NCBI RefSeq assembly: GCF_036321535.1
Contig: NC_087437.1
Coordinates: forward strand, 108,378,001 to 108,442,000
Reading direction: 5' to 3'
Length of the DNA stretch: 64,000 nucleotides
From: Camelus dromedarius
Taxonomy: Eukaryota
Under the pieces are notes generated by a model. That model did no database searches. It was not told the DNA's origin and was given only the letters and a program-made list of their open reading frames with translations. The position numbers and the translations under genes were made by a program. This document shows, piece by piece, positions 25,352 through 38,290 of the stretch (the stretch's first letter is position 1; the number at the start of each line of letters is the position of its first letter).

Positions 25352-27009
25352 AAATAGTGTCCTCCCCATTAAAGCATCGAGCCTTATAGCTTGACATCAT
25401 TAAATGAATTCAACCTGATTTGTCGAAAGTCCCTTCTCTGTTTTGTCCCCAAAATAACCTAAATATATAAATATTGAGGGTAATGTAGCAAATGTTTAAC
25501 ACTTTGCCTTTTCCTCATTATCTGTCTTTGGTTTATTAAATTCTGTCCACTTACAATTACCTTCCCCCTAGTCAGCAATAGTCAAAACTCAATCTTTCAG
25601 TATCTATTCAGGAATCTATTCAGGAATCCTTTGAGGAAGTTGTCCTTGCTCTATCCTTAAGGGAATGGGCTGTCAATCACTCTGTGTCCCTTAGCACGTA
25701 ACCTCTCTGTTAAAGCATCTTTGTTCTCATGTTTGAGTGGTATATGTGTGTGAGTGGGTGTGTATGAGTATGACTGTGATAGGAGTTAATGAAACAAACA
25801 CATGGTCATGTAAGTAGTAACAATTAGAAGGGTGTCATGAAAACACAGCCTTGAATCCTCTCCCCCTAACCCCACCACTTCATATTGAAAATTTTCAGTA
25901 GGAAAATCCCCCTACATTTGCAAATAGCAACATTGTAATTAGCCTTCAGTTGTATTTCCTTACTGGTGATGCAGCTTTCCTTTCCACACAATGTGAGACC
26001 TTGTCATAACTGAGCCGTTGTATAATGGATTGGAGGAGCATGTAATTTAAACATCTGGATTCTTCTACACATGTTTCATTAGCTATTGCTGCAAAAGCCA
26101 ATATGAACTCTATGCTGATGCAATTAAATGTGACTGGAAAAATACATGCATCCCACATTTTTAGTTATACATATGTATGTACTTGGCATTCAATTCAATA
26201 TAGTCACAGGAATTTTAAAAAGAAAAGCTTTCTACAGCCATGTCTGTTAACCATCATTGTGCTGCTTCCTGGAAGCAAGGGAAAAGTGAGCAGTCCTGGG
26301 CTGCCGGCCACTTCACCACATTGCCACAGCGAGAGAATATTTAATAATAAATAAACGCAGTTGAGAATCAGGATTTCTAGTCTGCTCTTTATGGCAGTAA
26401 AACTACACTTCAATTTGAAATTGTCCAGAATGGCATAAAAAGAGGGTCCTTATCCAACATTTCTTAATTTGCAAGAACACGAAACAGGTGGGTTACGAGT
26501 AACACTCCTACCCCGATCACTGTCGTACTAAAGTGTCCTCAGAAGTGTGTGGACTCACACTGAGTCAGGAGAACACAGCTCATTAGCTCCACAGTACTGG
26601 GCGAGCCAGCCCGGAGTGAAGTCCAATAGCAAGGGCGCTGAGAGAGGGGCAGACCTGCACTCTTTCACTTTCACTCTTGCGGTCCCAGTTCTGCCCTTTA
26701 CGTGCCAAAGACAAAGTAATCCATGCCCACGTTGGCCAAGGGAGTGGCCCTTCCCTTTCAAGTTTCTGTATGCCTCAGAAGAGAGGGCACTCTCCTGTAT
26801 GTCTTCTTTCATAATTGTTACAAAGGAAGAAGATGCACTTTTCTTTTCCCTTGTTTGGTCATTTGCCACAGGAAAATGCTGAGTTACATAGTATCTGTAT
26901 TCTTTCAGTCTGAAATCTCTCACCCTCTTTCCAAACTAAGTAAATATTAAACCAAAGGCGGTGTGCTGTTATTAATTTAAATCACCCAAATTGTCCTACC
27001 GGAAAATAG

Positions 27010-27449
27010 ATGTGCAGGTTTCTTCAATCAGATTTCCTGCATACAGACACTGAGATTTGCATACAGGGGGTTTTCCAGTAAGTCATCTCTGGGATAATAC
27101 ATGCAAGGGAGTGATGGAAGCAGGACTTTGCAGAGGGAAGAGTTGAATTGTGGTACAGTTACATCAGAGGCTTTAGCATGGAGAGCTCTGAATCTAGGAA
27201 AGCCCTTGAGAAATATCCCAAGCTAAGTCAAGGGGATCAGGCCTTTGAATCCCCAACTGACCAGTTATTGGATTCTGAGTGCCCCCGGAAAGGGAGCATA
27301 ACCTTGAGGGAAGGAGTCTCTTTCCATCAAGGACAATTCTCAGAGGGACATAGCTCAGAGTCATCGGCAGCCAACATATTCAGGGTTGGAGAATGAGCAT
27401 CTTGGTCTGAAGTGGGTGATCTGGATGGCACATAACGGTGTCCACTACG
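27010..27449 (-). mobile_element. ERVL LTR16A-like LTR
   Basis: 'cagacactgagatttgcatacagg', 'ggaagcaggactttgcagagggaagagttgaattgtg', 'cagttattggat', ends 'gtgtccactac'. Confidence 0.75.
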
Positions 27450-28660
27450 GTCCACCCTAATTTAAGGTGGTTGGATCTACTTGCCTCTGGTAATATGTTC
27501 TCCCCATCTAAGAACATCTTCTTCTGGATTCTTATTGGTCTCATTTTTTCCAATGAAACTCACAAGAGGAAGGTTAGAAGGATGAGCTACTACAGCCCTC
27601 TCCACCACAGATGTCCTGAAGACTCCAAGTGATACTCATCAGTGCCCAACTTTACTGACCATTCTAGGTTCTCCACACCCTCAGCTTGCACCTCTGTTGG
27701 TCTAGTTTGCTTACCTGTTGGGGTGACCCAAACCCTCATCTGTAAGTGGTCTGAGTCCCTGGTTACCATGAAGTTCTTGAGTCACAGCTGCTGCACTTGC
27801 CTATTGCTAAGAAACACACTAGTGGATCAGTGGTGCCAAACTGCCCCCAGCATGAAAGAGCAAACTCTTCTCCACTTGTTAATCGAGATCACTTACCCTG
27901 ACATGATATCTTCTTTCCTTGCCTGTTTGTCTGTTGATATGAGGAACTAAAAATGACCAGGAAGCCATAAGAGCTTAAAGTTCAATAGGATTTTCATTAT
28001 ATCTCCTAGTGAAAGCATTTACTTTCTAGGATCAAAGACTTCCCAACCCACAGTTGGGAAAATTGAGAAGAAGTTAACATACCTCCCAAGTGGGTCATGG
28101 GATTGATGGCAAACTAGGTCACTCCATTCCCTTATTTCTAGACCATTTTGTCCCACCTGCCGGGAAAACAGCATCATATTATAGTCACTGATTTAGGTTA
28201 TTTAATACACCATGGAAGATAGTTCCCCATCCTTGCAAATGTCAACACCAAGTTCGCATATCAGTTGCACCAAAAATCTACCCCCTCCCTTTCCCAGGCT
28301 AAGAGCTTCTGACTAGTAAGGTATAACCCCTTTAATTATACATTTGGGGACCAAGGAAGTGATTGCTGTGTGAATCTGAGGAACCAGCCCACTCATAACG
28401 AACCTGACCTGAGCTAGCACTACACTTATTACTTTTCCCCCATATATGCTCACTCCGAAAAATGGAATAGGACTATGTCTCGGTCCCTGGATATCAGTGG
28501 TAGCTCAGATCCTGTGTTCAATTATCCTTGAAATGTCTACATATTCCTCTTTCCCTAGTGCATATTACCCAAATGATTTTCCTATGCCCCTTGGGAGCAG
28601 ATCTTGTGAATCGTTACTATATAAACATGTCAGGTTGCACTATTTTTCTTCCTGATGGCC
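27450..28660 (-). mobile_element. ERVL internal sequence (ERV3-16A3-like) adjoining the LTR16
   Basis: Purine-rich tract on the minus strand ('gggtggac') abuts the LTR; 'ggggtgacccaaaccctcatc...ggtctgagtccctggttacca' resembles recalled ERVL internal sequence; no intact ORF. Confidence 0.55.
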
Positions 28661-29096
28661 ATAACAACTGTAATAATGTCTCCAAATAATATCTAATACA
28701 AGGAAATACTACTTGAAATAGAAGTGGCAATAATAAAATGGTCAAGTGTGCCGTTTACACTGAGATCAAAAGAGTTCAATTATATGTCTATAATCTGTAT
28801 ATTATATATCTAAACATCCATACTTTGTTCCACCTATATATCTACATCTATCTACTTATAAATATGCAAATACATATATATGTATATAAAATATTTCCTA
28901 ACAATAGACTATTAATAAAAACTGGTATTTTTGTGAATGAGATAAGAATAGATCCTCCTTACCTTCTATAAGGGTGACATCACTATGACCACCTCCACTT
29001 CGTGGCATCCAAAACTCTCCTCTCCCAGACAGCAAGCTTATGTCTCACGGCAAGTGTAATACCCTATACATACTTCACACAAAGATTTTGAAGAGC

Positions 29097-29650
29097 TACT
29101 AGGAGACAATATTCCATGAGTCTCTCAAATTCCTTCATGTTCTGCCCTTCATCCAGATTATATTTTCAAGGATGTTTGTGTACTGGGCAGCTTTGGAAAA
29201 CAGAGATAGCATCTCCCTCTGGAGCCAAGGGAAGGTTTGATTTCAGGCTTAGAAAATGGATGTAATGTTTTCCTCCAAAGTAAAGGGCATGTTTACTTAC
29301 TTTCCAGATTAGTCAAGATAATATCTACCCAAAGCAAAAGGCAGGCATCTTGCTTCCCATTATTATAAGATTTGAGTTCCCTAAATTCAGAGTCCATTTC
29401 CTATAATGCAACCCACTATATGTATAGGTATCAATTGGCCCTGTTCGTATCCCCCTATGAGAATTGGGTCTGAAGAAGCAGCATGAAATTGCTGATACTC
29501 TGGCTACCACTATTGCTGTGAGTAATAAACTGCCCTTCGTCTCTAACCCAGGGATCTCATATCTTTTACCAGCATCCAAAAATCTGTGTCAGGCTAATGT
29601 GCTAGTTTGCAAGTAGAATAAAAATCTGATCATCTTCACAGTTTTAGACA
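29097..29650 (+). mobile_element. ERV1-class solo LTR, MER110/MER90-like
   Basis: 'ggagacaatattccatgagtctctc...ttttcaaggatgtttgt...agagatagcatctccctctggagc'; poly(A) signal 'gagtaataaac'; ends '...tcacagttttagaCA'. Confidence 0.7.
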
Positions 29651-30039
29651 CTCTTTTATGTGATTATGTTTATTCCAAACATCAGCCACAGTGTTTTACC
29701 TGACATTCTACAAAACACTTTGCAGATAGATAACAACCATCAACCACCTATGTGTGTTCCATCCGGGAAAGGGAGGTCCTAAGCCTTGAAGGTATTATCT
29801 TCCCCAAATCCTATAATTATTTTACGATGGAACCAGAAGCTATATGTTGCTTGTCTGACTTTACTACAGTGGGCACTGTCAGCTGAGTGCTTCCCATTTC
29901 TGTACTTCAGAGAAAAATCTTATGGAATTTTGCATCCAGAGCTCAGAGTAGAGTCTTTTACACACCTCTCATCTTGCAACGTTTAAACCTAAAAAGAGAA
30001 TCAGCATTGCTTTATTCCTATAAGAATAGCGATGTCATA

Positions 30040-30213
30040 GTATAGCACAGAGAACTATATTTAATATCTTGTAGGAACCTATAACAAAAAAGAATATGAA
30101 AAAGAATATAAATATGTATATGTATGACTAAAATATTAGGAAGTACACCAGAAATTGACACAACATTGTAAACTGACTATACTTCAATTTTTAAAAAGTG
30201 AAAAAAAAAAAAA
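30040..30213 (+). mobile_element. Short L1 3' terminus with poly(A)
   Basis: 'tatagcacagagaactatat...aagaatatgaaaaagaata...gtacaccagaaattgacacaacattgtaaactgactatacttcaa' followed by an A tail. Confidence 0.9.
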
Positions 30214-30349
30214 GATTGTAGCTTCTCTATTTCTGGCCAGAAACCAGACTCTTTGAGTCCTAGCCGTATTTCTCACCCACTAGAGAAATGTTATCACTCT
30301 ATTTTTTTGCACCAATCATTTCTTAAATCAAAAAGTGTATAAAACATAA

Positions 30350-30580
30350 GAATGAAGAGGATAAATTCTGGAGTTAGAGTTCTCCTGAAGTGAGTAGCTC
30401 TAATGTAATTTGAGTAAGTTAGTTAACCTCTCAATGCTTCTGTTTCCTCATCTATGACAGGAAAGTAATAATTGCATCTACATAAAGGGTTGTTTATAAG
30501 GATTAAATATATTAGTATTTGCAAAGCATTCAGAAAAGTGTTCAATACATAGTCAGAGTCCATGAATGTTATTTATCAGC
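30350..30580 (+). mobile_element. MIR SINE
   Basis: Core 'gtaagttagttaacctctcaatgcttctgtttcctcatctat...agggttgtttataaggattaaat'. Confidence 0.75.
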
Positions 30581-30842
30581 TATTAAATACAACTTCCTCA
30601 TTAATGATATTTTTGCTTGAGCTTAAGGTTAACTACACAATGACAATTTCAATAAAACATTGAGTGGAACCTCATTTCAGTGACACCAAAGACAAAGTCA
30701 CTCACTACTCATTAACATAAAGTCACTTCCTTTAATTATTTCAGCGGTCTCTTTTCATGAGAATGAAATGATAATCCCAAATGATTCCTCACTTTCAATT
30801 ATGAACACAGATGACAAGACATAATATTTTTAAGGTGAAACT

Positions 30843-30965
30843 AATGAAAAAGAATATGAAAAGGAATATATATATCTGTGTAACTGAAACACTATGCTAT
30901 ACACCAGAAATTAACACATTATAAACCGACTTTATTTCAAGTAATCAATCAATAAATCAATCAAT
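30843..30965 (+). mobile_element. Short L1 3' terminus, tail decayed to (AATC)n
   Basis: 'aatgaaaaagaatatgaaaaggaatata...ctatgctatacaccagaaattaacacatt'. Confidence 0.85.
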
Positions 30966-32499
30966 TGAACTAAAGATTTTTAAGTCCATCTTCTTTCTCA
31001 GTACTTTGCTGCTCAATCCCATAGCCTTCCCCCCGAGAAGAATCTCTACCTTTTGGGATGGGGCCGCTGAATGTCATCTTAACCCCCCCGTATCATTACT
31101 GGGCACACTCAACATTAAGGTCCACAGGCTTGACTACTTCCAGTACTTCTACGTATTTTAAAGAGAATAACCTTCAGACTTCAAAGTAATTAATCTCTCT
31201 CTGTATATATCTGAACCAGAGATCCCTTGCTTCCCTATAAGGTTGAGCCTGGCTCAGGTAACCATCTATGTAGCAGATTTACACTTTAAGATCAAGTGAG
31301 TTAATGGCACCATAAGGAACTGCGATCACATCAGCTTAGGGGGTTATTGACTTTGGCCTCTGACATCAGTTTAAACCTGAAGCCAGAATTTATGAGCTGC
31401 TTAGAGATATGTTTTTAACCTCTAGGAACTGCACATCCCTGTGGTGACAAACACAGTTGGAAGTCTACAGAACCTGAATGGCTTTCTTGGCTCGTATGGT
31501 GGATGTGCATGATTACCTAAAATGCTGGAGAACTTAAGAGAAATATTAATGATGCTGAAGAATTTCATCAAAGTTGAAGAATCTGACTGTATTCAGATGC
31601 ATTTAGGTAGCATTCAGAATTAATAAATTGGTGAGCAATGCCCTAGGCACAGTGATACCAAATAAACACAGTAGTAAACAGACAATATTTATTTCATGAG
31701 TTAAAAAAAAAGGTCTAAGTAATCTCAGAACATTTTTCTTTACAAACAAGCCATTATCTTCCAATAGAGACAATTTCTTTACCAGCAAAAACCGTATTCA
31801 TTTCTTGATTTAGGTAATTTTCATACCATGGTGAAGTTCCTCTGAGTGAACACTGCTTACAATAATTGAGAATACTGCTTTGTTCTGAACAGCCCATTAG
31901 TCTCTATTGTAACCAGACAAGGTGGTGAGAAACTCCAAATGCAGCCCTTTGACTGGAGCTTGGTTCTCACTTTGGGGAAAAGGTGGTAAATTCTTGCTTC
32001 ATGCTAAGAAAAGGCAGTCAATTCCTTCTTTTCCTATATGTGGTTGGGCACTGAGATTCCAGAGAGAAAAAGAATCCCATCAAGTCACTTGACATCCATC
32101 CGTCTCTGACGTAACAAAGAGCTCCGCTGCAAGTGAGCTGATGTGACTGCCTGCTAAGACTGAATCGGTAGATGCTGCCATCACTCCAGATACGCAGAGA
32201 ACCTGCACAGAGGTGAACCACCACATTAACCCCTCTAAGCACACCCATGTGGACATTCTCTCAAAGGCATGTATTATAGTAGTTAAAATCTGTCTATATT
32301 TAGAAAAAAAAATAACATCAAGTATCAGATATTTCACAGACCTGTACACTAATAAAATAGATGTTCATTCTTCCCAGATGATGTTCATTCATTAAACAAT
32401 AACAAGATTCATGAAAACTGGAACATAACATACGTTACATTGAAAGAAATACTGGTGGTTGGGATTTTAGCTTAGATTCATTCTTTTTTATTCCATAAA

Positions 32500-32930
32500 A
32501 GATGTATTTATTGTTTACTCATACCTGGTACCACATTAAATATCAGTAATTCAAAGAACTATAATACAATACTGTCTTTGTCCCCACATAAAGCCAAACT
32601 CAACAGGGAGAAATAAACACATTAACAAATAATCCTAATACGGTGTGTGTTAACTGTCACAATACAGGAATGATTTTTTTACATCAAGACTTGGAACTCT
32701 CATAAAGATACCATTTGAACTCAGTCTTGAAAAATGAGGGAAAGGGGGGGATGGATATTCACAACAGAGAAGCTTCAAGTGCAAAGTCAAGGCTGACTGA
32801 GCAAACACAGTTTATTCAGGTGCTATCTGGAAGTTCCAGAGCTGCAGCACAGAACAGATGTAGAACAGTGTCAGGAGATAAGGCTGGAAAGGTAGTTTAT
32901 AATCCTCATGTGAAAGACCAAGAGGGCCTG
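32500..32930 (-). mobile_element. L2 fragment
   Basis: 'atgtatttattg..tactcatacctgg', 'catttgaactcagtcttgaaaaatga', 'gtcaggagataaggctggaaaggtag'. Confidence 0.55.
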
Positions 32931-34609
32931 AAAAAGTCGCCCATGACCCTTCACAAAATAAAACAATTTTTCAACAGATTCTTTTTTAAACCAATTACTT
33001 AAAATTTCTCAATAAAAATGGGCAAGATGAAACTTTCCACCAACATAGGAAATGTTTGTTGAAAAATAATACAATCTTATGACCACATACCCACGTGAAG
33101 CTTAAAATTCCATTTTACAGAATCATAAACATGGCTTTTTGAAGTCACACGCAGCCGTGATAGTTCATAATTATAAGGAAACTAAACAGAAAGAAAACAA
33201 ACTAGGTCAGCAATGTAAGGCACTAATCATCCGATCCTGTTCAGTCTGTTTTAGACTTCTGAAGACTAATTCTTCCAATATGTGAAGCTAGAAGATTGGC
33301 TTCTTTCTAATCTTAGTGGAAAAGTAAAACAAAAATAAATTCAAATCTTTGGAGCTAAAAACGGTGTGTAATTATTGGACCATTTCCACAGGCATGGACA
33401 GTCTTCAATGTATCATAGACAGCTTCAGTCCAGTATTCACAGACATTCTAGAAAAAAAAAATCTTATAATAAAGCAGGCAAACAGAACAGACTTCTCCCA
33501 CTAGTCTGCCTGTCCCCCCTTCACCCATCCCATTTTAAGGCACTATCTTGCTGCAAAATAAGATTCTTTAGAAGCCTCTGTAGGTTGACTGAAAAGCAAT
33601 ATTTACATTTTAGAAAAGAACAAAGATGTGATTCAAGGAAAGCGAGATTTTGAACTTCATCTTCCAAAATATGTTCTCATTTTGACTTTTTTAATTTTGT
33701 GACTTTGTGTTCCCAAAATGCCTACCATTTTAAATTATCTTGGTTACTGCAACCATACTCTAGGCTAGTCTTATTTCATAGGATGTTCAAAATTTTAGGA
33801 TATTGCATTCATACAGGAACAATCTAGCTGCAACATCACATGAAAAATGAAATGAAACTATATGTTCTTAGGCAATTTTTAGAGGATTTACATTAACTCA
33901 GTACATTTTTTCTCGTGTCTAAATGGATGGTCTTGCTTTGTATGTGTTACAGTTCAGCAACAAAAAATACTTATTTTGGTGAAGAAATAAATTATAAAGA
34001 CGTTTAAAACATTTTGCTGTAAATTTCCTAAATAATTCTTTTAGTCATCTGCTTTGCTCTCATATTGGAAAGAATCTAAGACACTCATGTGAAATCAGTA
34101 TAAACACCCATCTGTGCCTTAACTCATCAAGGACTCTATTATATTTCTAACTCCATTTTAAGAGTTCATTCTTGTGAATTAGTTAGCTATTCCTAGGACT
34201 GAAATTATTTTTCCCATAGTGTCTATATTGAAAGTTTCTGTTTATGATTTAGTATCCATAAAAAAATCAACATTTAACACAGAAATTTTCTGGTTTAATT
34301 TACCACTTGATAATTTCACTAACTCATACTAACCATTCTACTGAAAGCAACAGGAAAAAATGGATAATATATTATGGGTATATAGATAAATAAATATGTA
34401 TAAATATATGTAAATATATACACATATATAATAGCTAAGTATTTACATATAAATAATTATTTGAAGAGCTACTAAGATAAACAAGCTTTGAGGAATCAGG
34501 ATCTAAGAAGAGGGAGGAACAAGAAGTTGAGAACAAGAATCTGATTTTTCTACCCTTCAATAGACATGTGCCAGATCTTAGGTAAAGCCAAAAGATTAAA
34601 CCAAATTTT

Positions 34610-35073
34610 TTTTTAACATTCCACATATAAGTGATATCATACAGAATTTTCTTTCTCTGTTTGACTTACTTCACTCAGCATAATGCCCTCAAGCTTCATC
34701 CATGTTGCTGCAAATGTCAGAATTTCCTTCTTTTTCATGGCTGAATAATATTCAAATACCTATGCATGTATACATTTATACATATACATAAATAGCTTAT
34801 TTTCTTAATCCATTCATCTGTCAATGAATACCTTGATAGTTTTCATGCCTTGGCTACTATGAATAATGCTGCAGTGAGCATGGGGGTGCAGATATCTCTT
34901 CAAAATAGTGATTTCATTTCTTTTGTATGTAAACCTAGAAGTGCAATTGCTGGATTATATGGTAGTTCTATTTTTAACTTCTTGAGGAACCTCTATAATA
35001 GCTTCCATACTGGTTGTACTAATTTACATTCCCACTTGCAATCCACAAGGGTTTCCTTTTCTCTGCATCCTTG
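34610..35073 (-). mobile_element. L1 ORF2 3' fragment
   Basis: 'ttccacatataagtgatatcatac...catccatgttgctgcaaatg...ggtagttctatttttaacttcttgaggaacctc...aatttacattcccac'. Confidence 0.9.
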
Positions 35074-36594
35074 TTATATAATATTATAATTTTTTAAAAA
35101 TATATGTGCATCTATTACCACATTTCCATGACAAGACTGAAGTCTACTGTAAGATTCTAGTTGTTCAGGCTGATAAAAATTGATATTGAGTTTGAAGAGG
35201 AGAGATATTTTTTAAATAGAGGCATACTAAACTGATAAAATGAAAAAAGGAAAGGGGAAGGGAGAGGGAGAAGGAATGGAAGAGAGAGAAGAGAATGTGT
35301 GTTTCTAGAAATTCAAAGACTGTATGTGTCAACTACCATTAGGGCTTGAAGTAAGAGCTCTAGAGTACACAACATCAGAGCACTGTGGATGGATGAAGAG
35401 GCAGAGAGAATGAGGTGAAGGCTGCATGGCCTGTAGGCCTCTGATGCTTCCAAGAAGGTCAGTGGAGGGCAGGAGATAAGGTGGTGTTGCAGAAGAAAAG
35501 ATCTAATTTTTCCACCCAGATAGGACGAGCAATAATGAATTGCCCTCATTTTGCCAAGTTGTCAAGTCAAACTCAAATGTTAATTTATTAATACAAACTT
35601 CCTTGATGTTTAGATTAAAGATACCATTTTCCCTTTACTCTTCCTTCAGTACTTTCTTCTCTGACTGATTTAATAAATATAGTAGCTATGAATCTCAGTC
35701 CACAGACCCATTTTTTTTAACTTTAAATTCAGTACATTTTTTTAAACTTTAGATCTAATTTAATCTTTTCCAGGGCCCCTAATTCACAGAGATAATGAGC
35801 AAATCAATCTCAAACAGTCCTGGAGCCCCTACCATCTCAGGGCTGCTCCAGAATCCAGGATGTTAACAGGATCCCTAAAATGGAAAAGGAGGCTCTTAGC
35901 ATCTAGCCATCATGGGCATGACTAACATTTGTGGTTTCTACCCAGTGGTGTTTTGATAGGTCTCTTATCCCAGGCTGGGGTTAAGATCCAGCCTCTAGGA
36001 TATGCTACCTCAGGGCAACACCAAGAGAGGGCTTGGATCCATGCTCTCTCTGGGAACCACTATTTAATTAAACTTTCTTTTAATTATTGATCATTCTTCA
36101 TTTCCCCAACCCCAAGTTGATTCTCAACAGTCTCCCCATTTCTGTGTTCCCCAACATTCTCCTTAATTCAGGATACCTATTACAATACCTTAGGTTGATT
36201 TTGACCTTTCCAAAATATGCATTTCCCCTTGACATAAAGAGATCTGTCTGTTTATCTGAAAGAGGAAAAAGGAAAAACAATCCAATTAGGTACTTCAGTA
36301 TTTTAGTCTAATCTAGTCTTTCACTAAACAACTATTTTCATCCCACAGAGAAAATTTAATTTTGAGCCAGGGCCCATCCAGAACAAGATGGAGCCAAGTC
36401 TCTATCCTGAATCAAGAATAGTAACTATAGCACTCATTCAAAAGCCGGCTGGGTCCATTTGTCCTAATCTCTCCAAGCACTGGGTAGGTAAGCTTGGGTA
36501 CCAGGCAAAATTTTTGCCTCTTAAAAGGTACCATCTCCCCTTGGAGAAATTCCAACCCACAGGAGCTACATTACAACCAGGGAAGATCATAATT

Positions 36595-36770
36595 ATTAAT
36601 TCAACAAATTTGTATCGAGTGTCTACCATTTGCTAAGCACTGAGAATAAGACAGTGATCAAAACAAACAAAAATTCCTACCTTTATGGAGTTTAGATACT
36701 AGAGATGTGGATACACAAAAGGTTTTTTAAAAAATTAGTAACCTATGTAGCATATCAGCATAAGTTCTAG
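36595..36770 (-). mobile_element. L2 3' end
   Basis: 'aattcaacaaatttgtatcgagtgtctacc...tgctaagcactgagaat...cctacctttatggagtttaga'. Confidence 0.65.
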
Positions 36771-37430
36771 GGAGAAAATTTAATCTGAAAGAGGATCCCT
36801 TGAACTGTCATCTGGCAGGGGTTGCGGGGTGGGGAGAAGGGAGGTGGAAAATTTTTTAATTGAGTGGCTAAAAAAGGCCTCAGTGCCACAGGCCAGAAAT
36901 GTCTCTGATGTTTTTGCATGATTACATAAAGCAGAGGGTGGGAGGTAGAGGATAACCACTCCAACTACAGCCATAACTCTTCACTGCTGAGACCTTTTCT
37001 CCAGCTTCTTGTACCATGAACTTGGAAGGCCATGCTCTGCTCACTAGCATAAGAGACATTGGCTTGCCACACTGATTCCTGCAAGAGATATCGCTCACCA
37101 CGCTGGGAACCCAGCCTTTAGTTTCACCCACTTCATCTTAGCTTCAAAGCAAAAAGAGTGCCAACCAAGCCAAGAATCTAATGGGATCAGGGTAGCTCCA
37201 CTCTCCAGTCACTTTCTATTTTCCTGAGACACCCCACCAACATTTTACTTCCATGTTACTGTCTCTGGTAGCCATCTCTTTTGTTATGAAGGCACTATCT
37301 TCCATAAAATGTAAGTTCTAACCTCTGAATATTCTTCTGAAATAAGGCAGGCCTCTCTCTAGGTATGTCATGAGATCTGGTCTTTTGCTGAGACAACATA
37401 TCACCAGGTGGACTCCAGACCATCAGTGGC

Positions 37431-37776
37431 AGTGATGGTTAATTTTGTGTCAACTTGGCTGGGCCATCGTGCCCAGATCTGTGCTCAAACGTTATTCTGG
37501 ATGTTTCTGTAAAGGTGTTTTTGGAGGAGATTAACATTTAAATTGGTGGGCTTTGATTTAAGCAGATTGTTCTCCATAATGTAAGTGGGCCTCATCCAAA
37601 CAGTTGAAGGCATGAGTAGAACAAAGACTGACCTCCCGTGAGAAAGAAGGAATTCTGCCAGGGGACTGCCTTTGAATTTGAACTGCAGCTCCTTCCTGGG
37701 TCTCCAGCCTACCAGCCTACTCTGCAGATTTTGGACTTTTTAAGCCTCCACAATCATGTGAACCAATTTTCTTAAA

Positions 37777-37812
<36 letters not shown>

Positions 37813-37889
37813 TGTGTCTGTCTGTCTGTCTGTCTCTCTCCTAAGCATCTCCTGTTGATTCTGATTCTCTGAAAACCCTAACTGATACA
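37431..37889 (+). mobile_element. ERVL MLT2B-like solo LTR with internal (TG)n/(TCTG)n at ~37779-37840
   Basis: 'gtgatggttaattttgtgtcaacttggctgggcca...ttattctggatgtttctgt...ctctgaaaaccctaactgataca'. Confidence 0.85.
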
Positions 37890-38174
37890 GGTAGATAATG
37901 CCTATTTGAGGTACCTGATCTAGGTAACTTTGTAATTGACTATGGAAGAGTTCTCCCTCAAACCTTGCAAAGTAGCAAGTTTAGGCTTTTCATTGCTGTG
38001 ACACTCCCCTTTACCCCAACAGAAAGTCCTAGGAGGGGCCACTATAAGAATGTTTCTAATTTTCTGACCTAAGGAGTTAAACAACCGATTCTACTTCCTT
38101 CCCTTCTTTTATCGGCTTCATTAGTACTCAGCAAATTTTCTACCACGGAAAAACATGTGTTTTTGTCTTTACTA

Positions 38175-38290
38175 AGAGAGTGTAAACTCCTCAAGGGCAT
38201 GAGTCATGTGCTACATACACCATCATTGTAGCACGAACACACCAATGGCAGTACCTCATACCCAGTAGACACACCATAAATAGCTGTTAG
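38175..38290 (+). mobile_element. L2 3' end
   Basis: 'gagtgtaaactcctcaagggcatgag...cagtagacacaccataaatagctgtt'. Confidence 0.5.

Noticed and set aside
25602..25628. 12-bp tandem duplication atctattcagga x2
   Set aside because: Isolated slippage duplication, common in mammalian DNA.
34370..34460. AT-rich low-complexity tract with apparent hairpins
   Set aside because: Degenerate (TA)n; self-complementarity is trivial.
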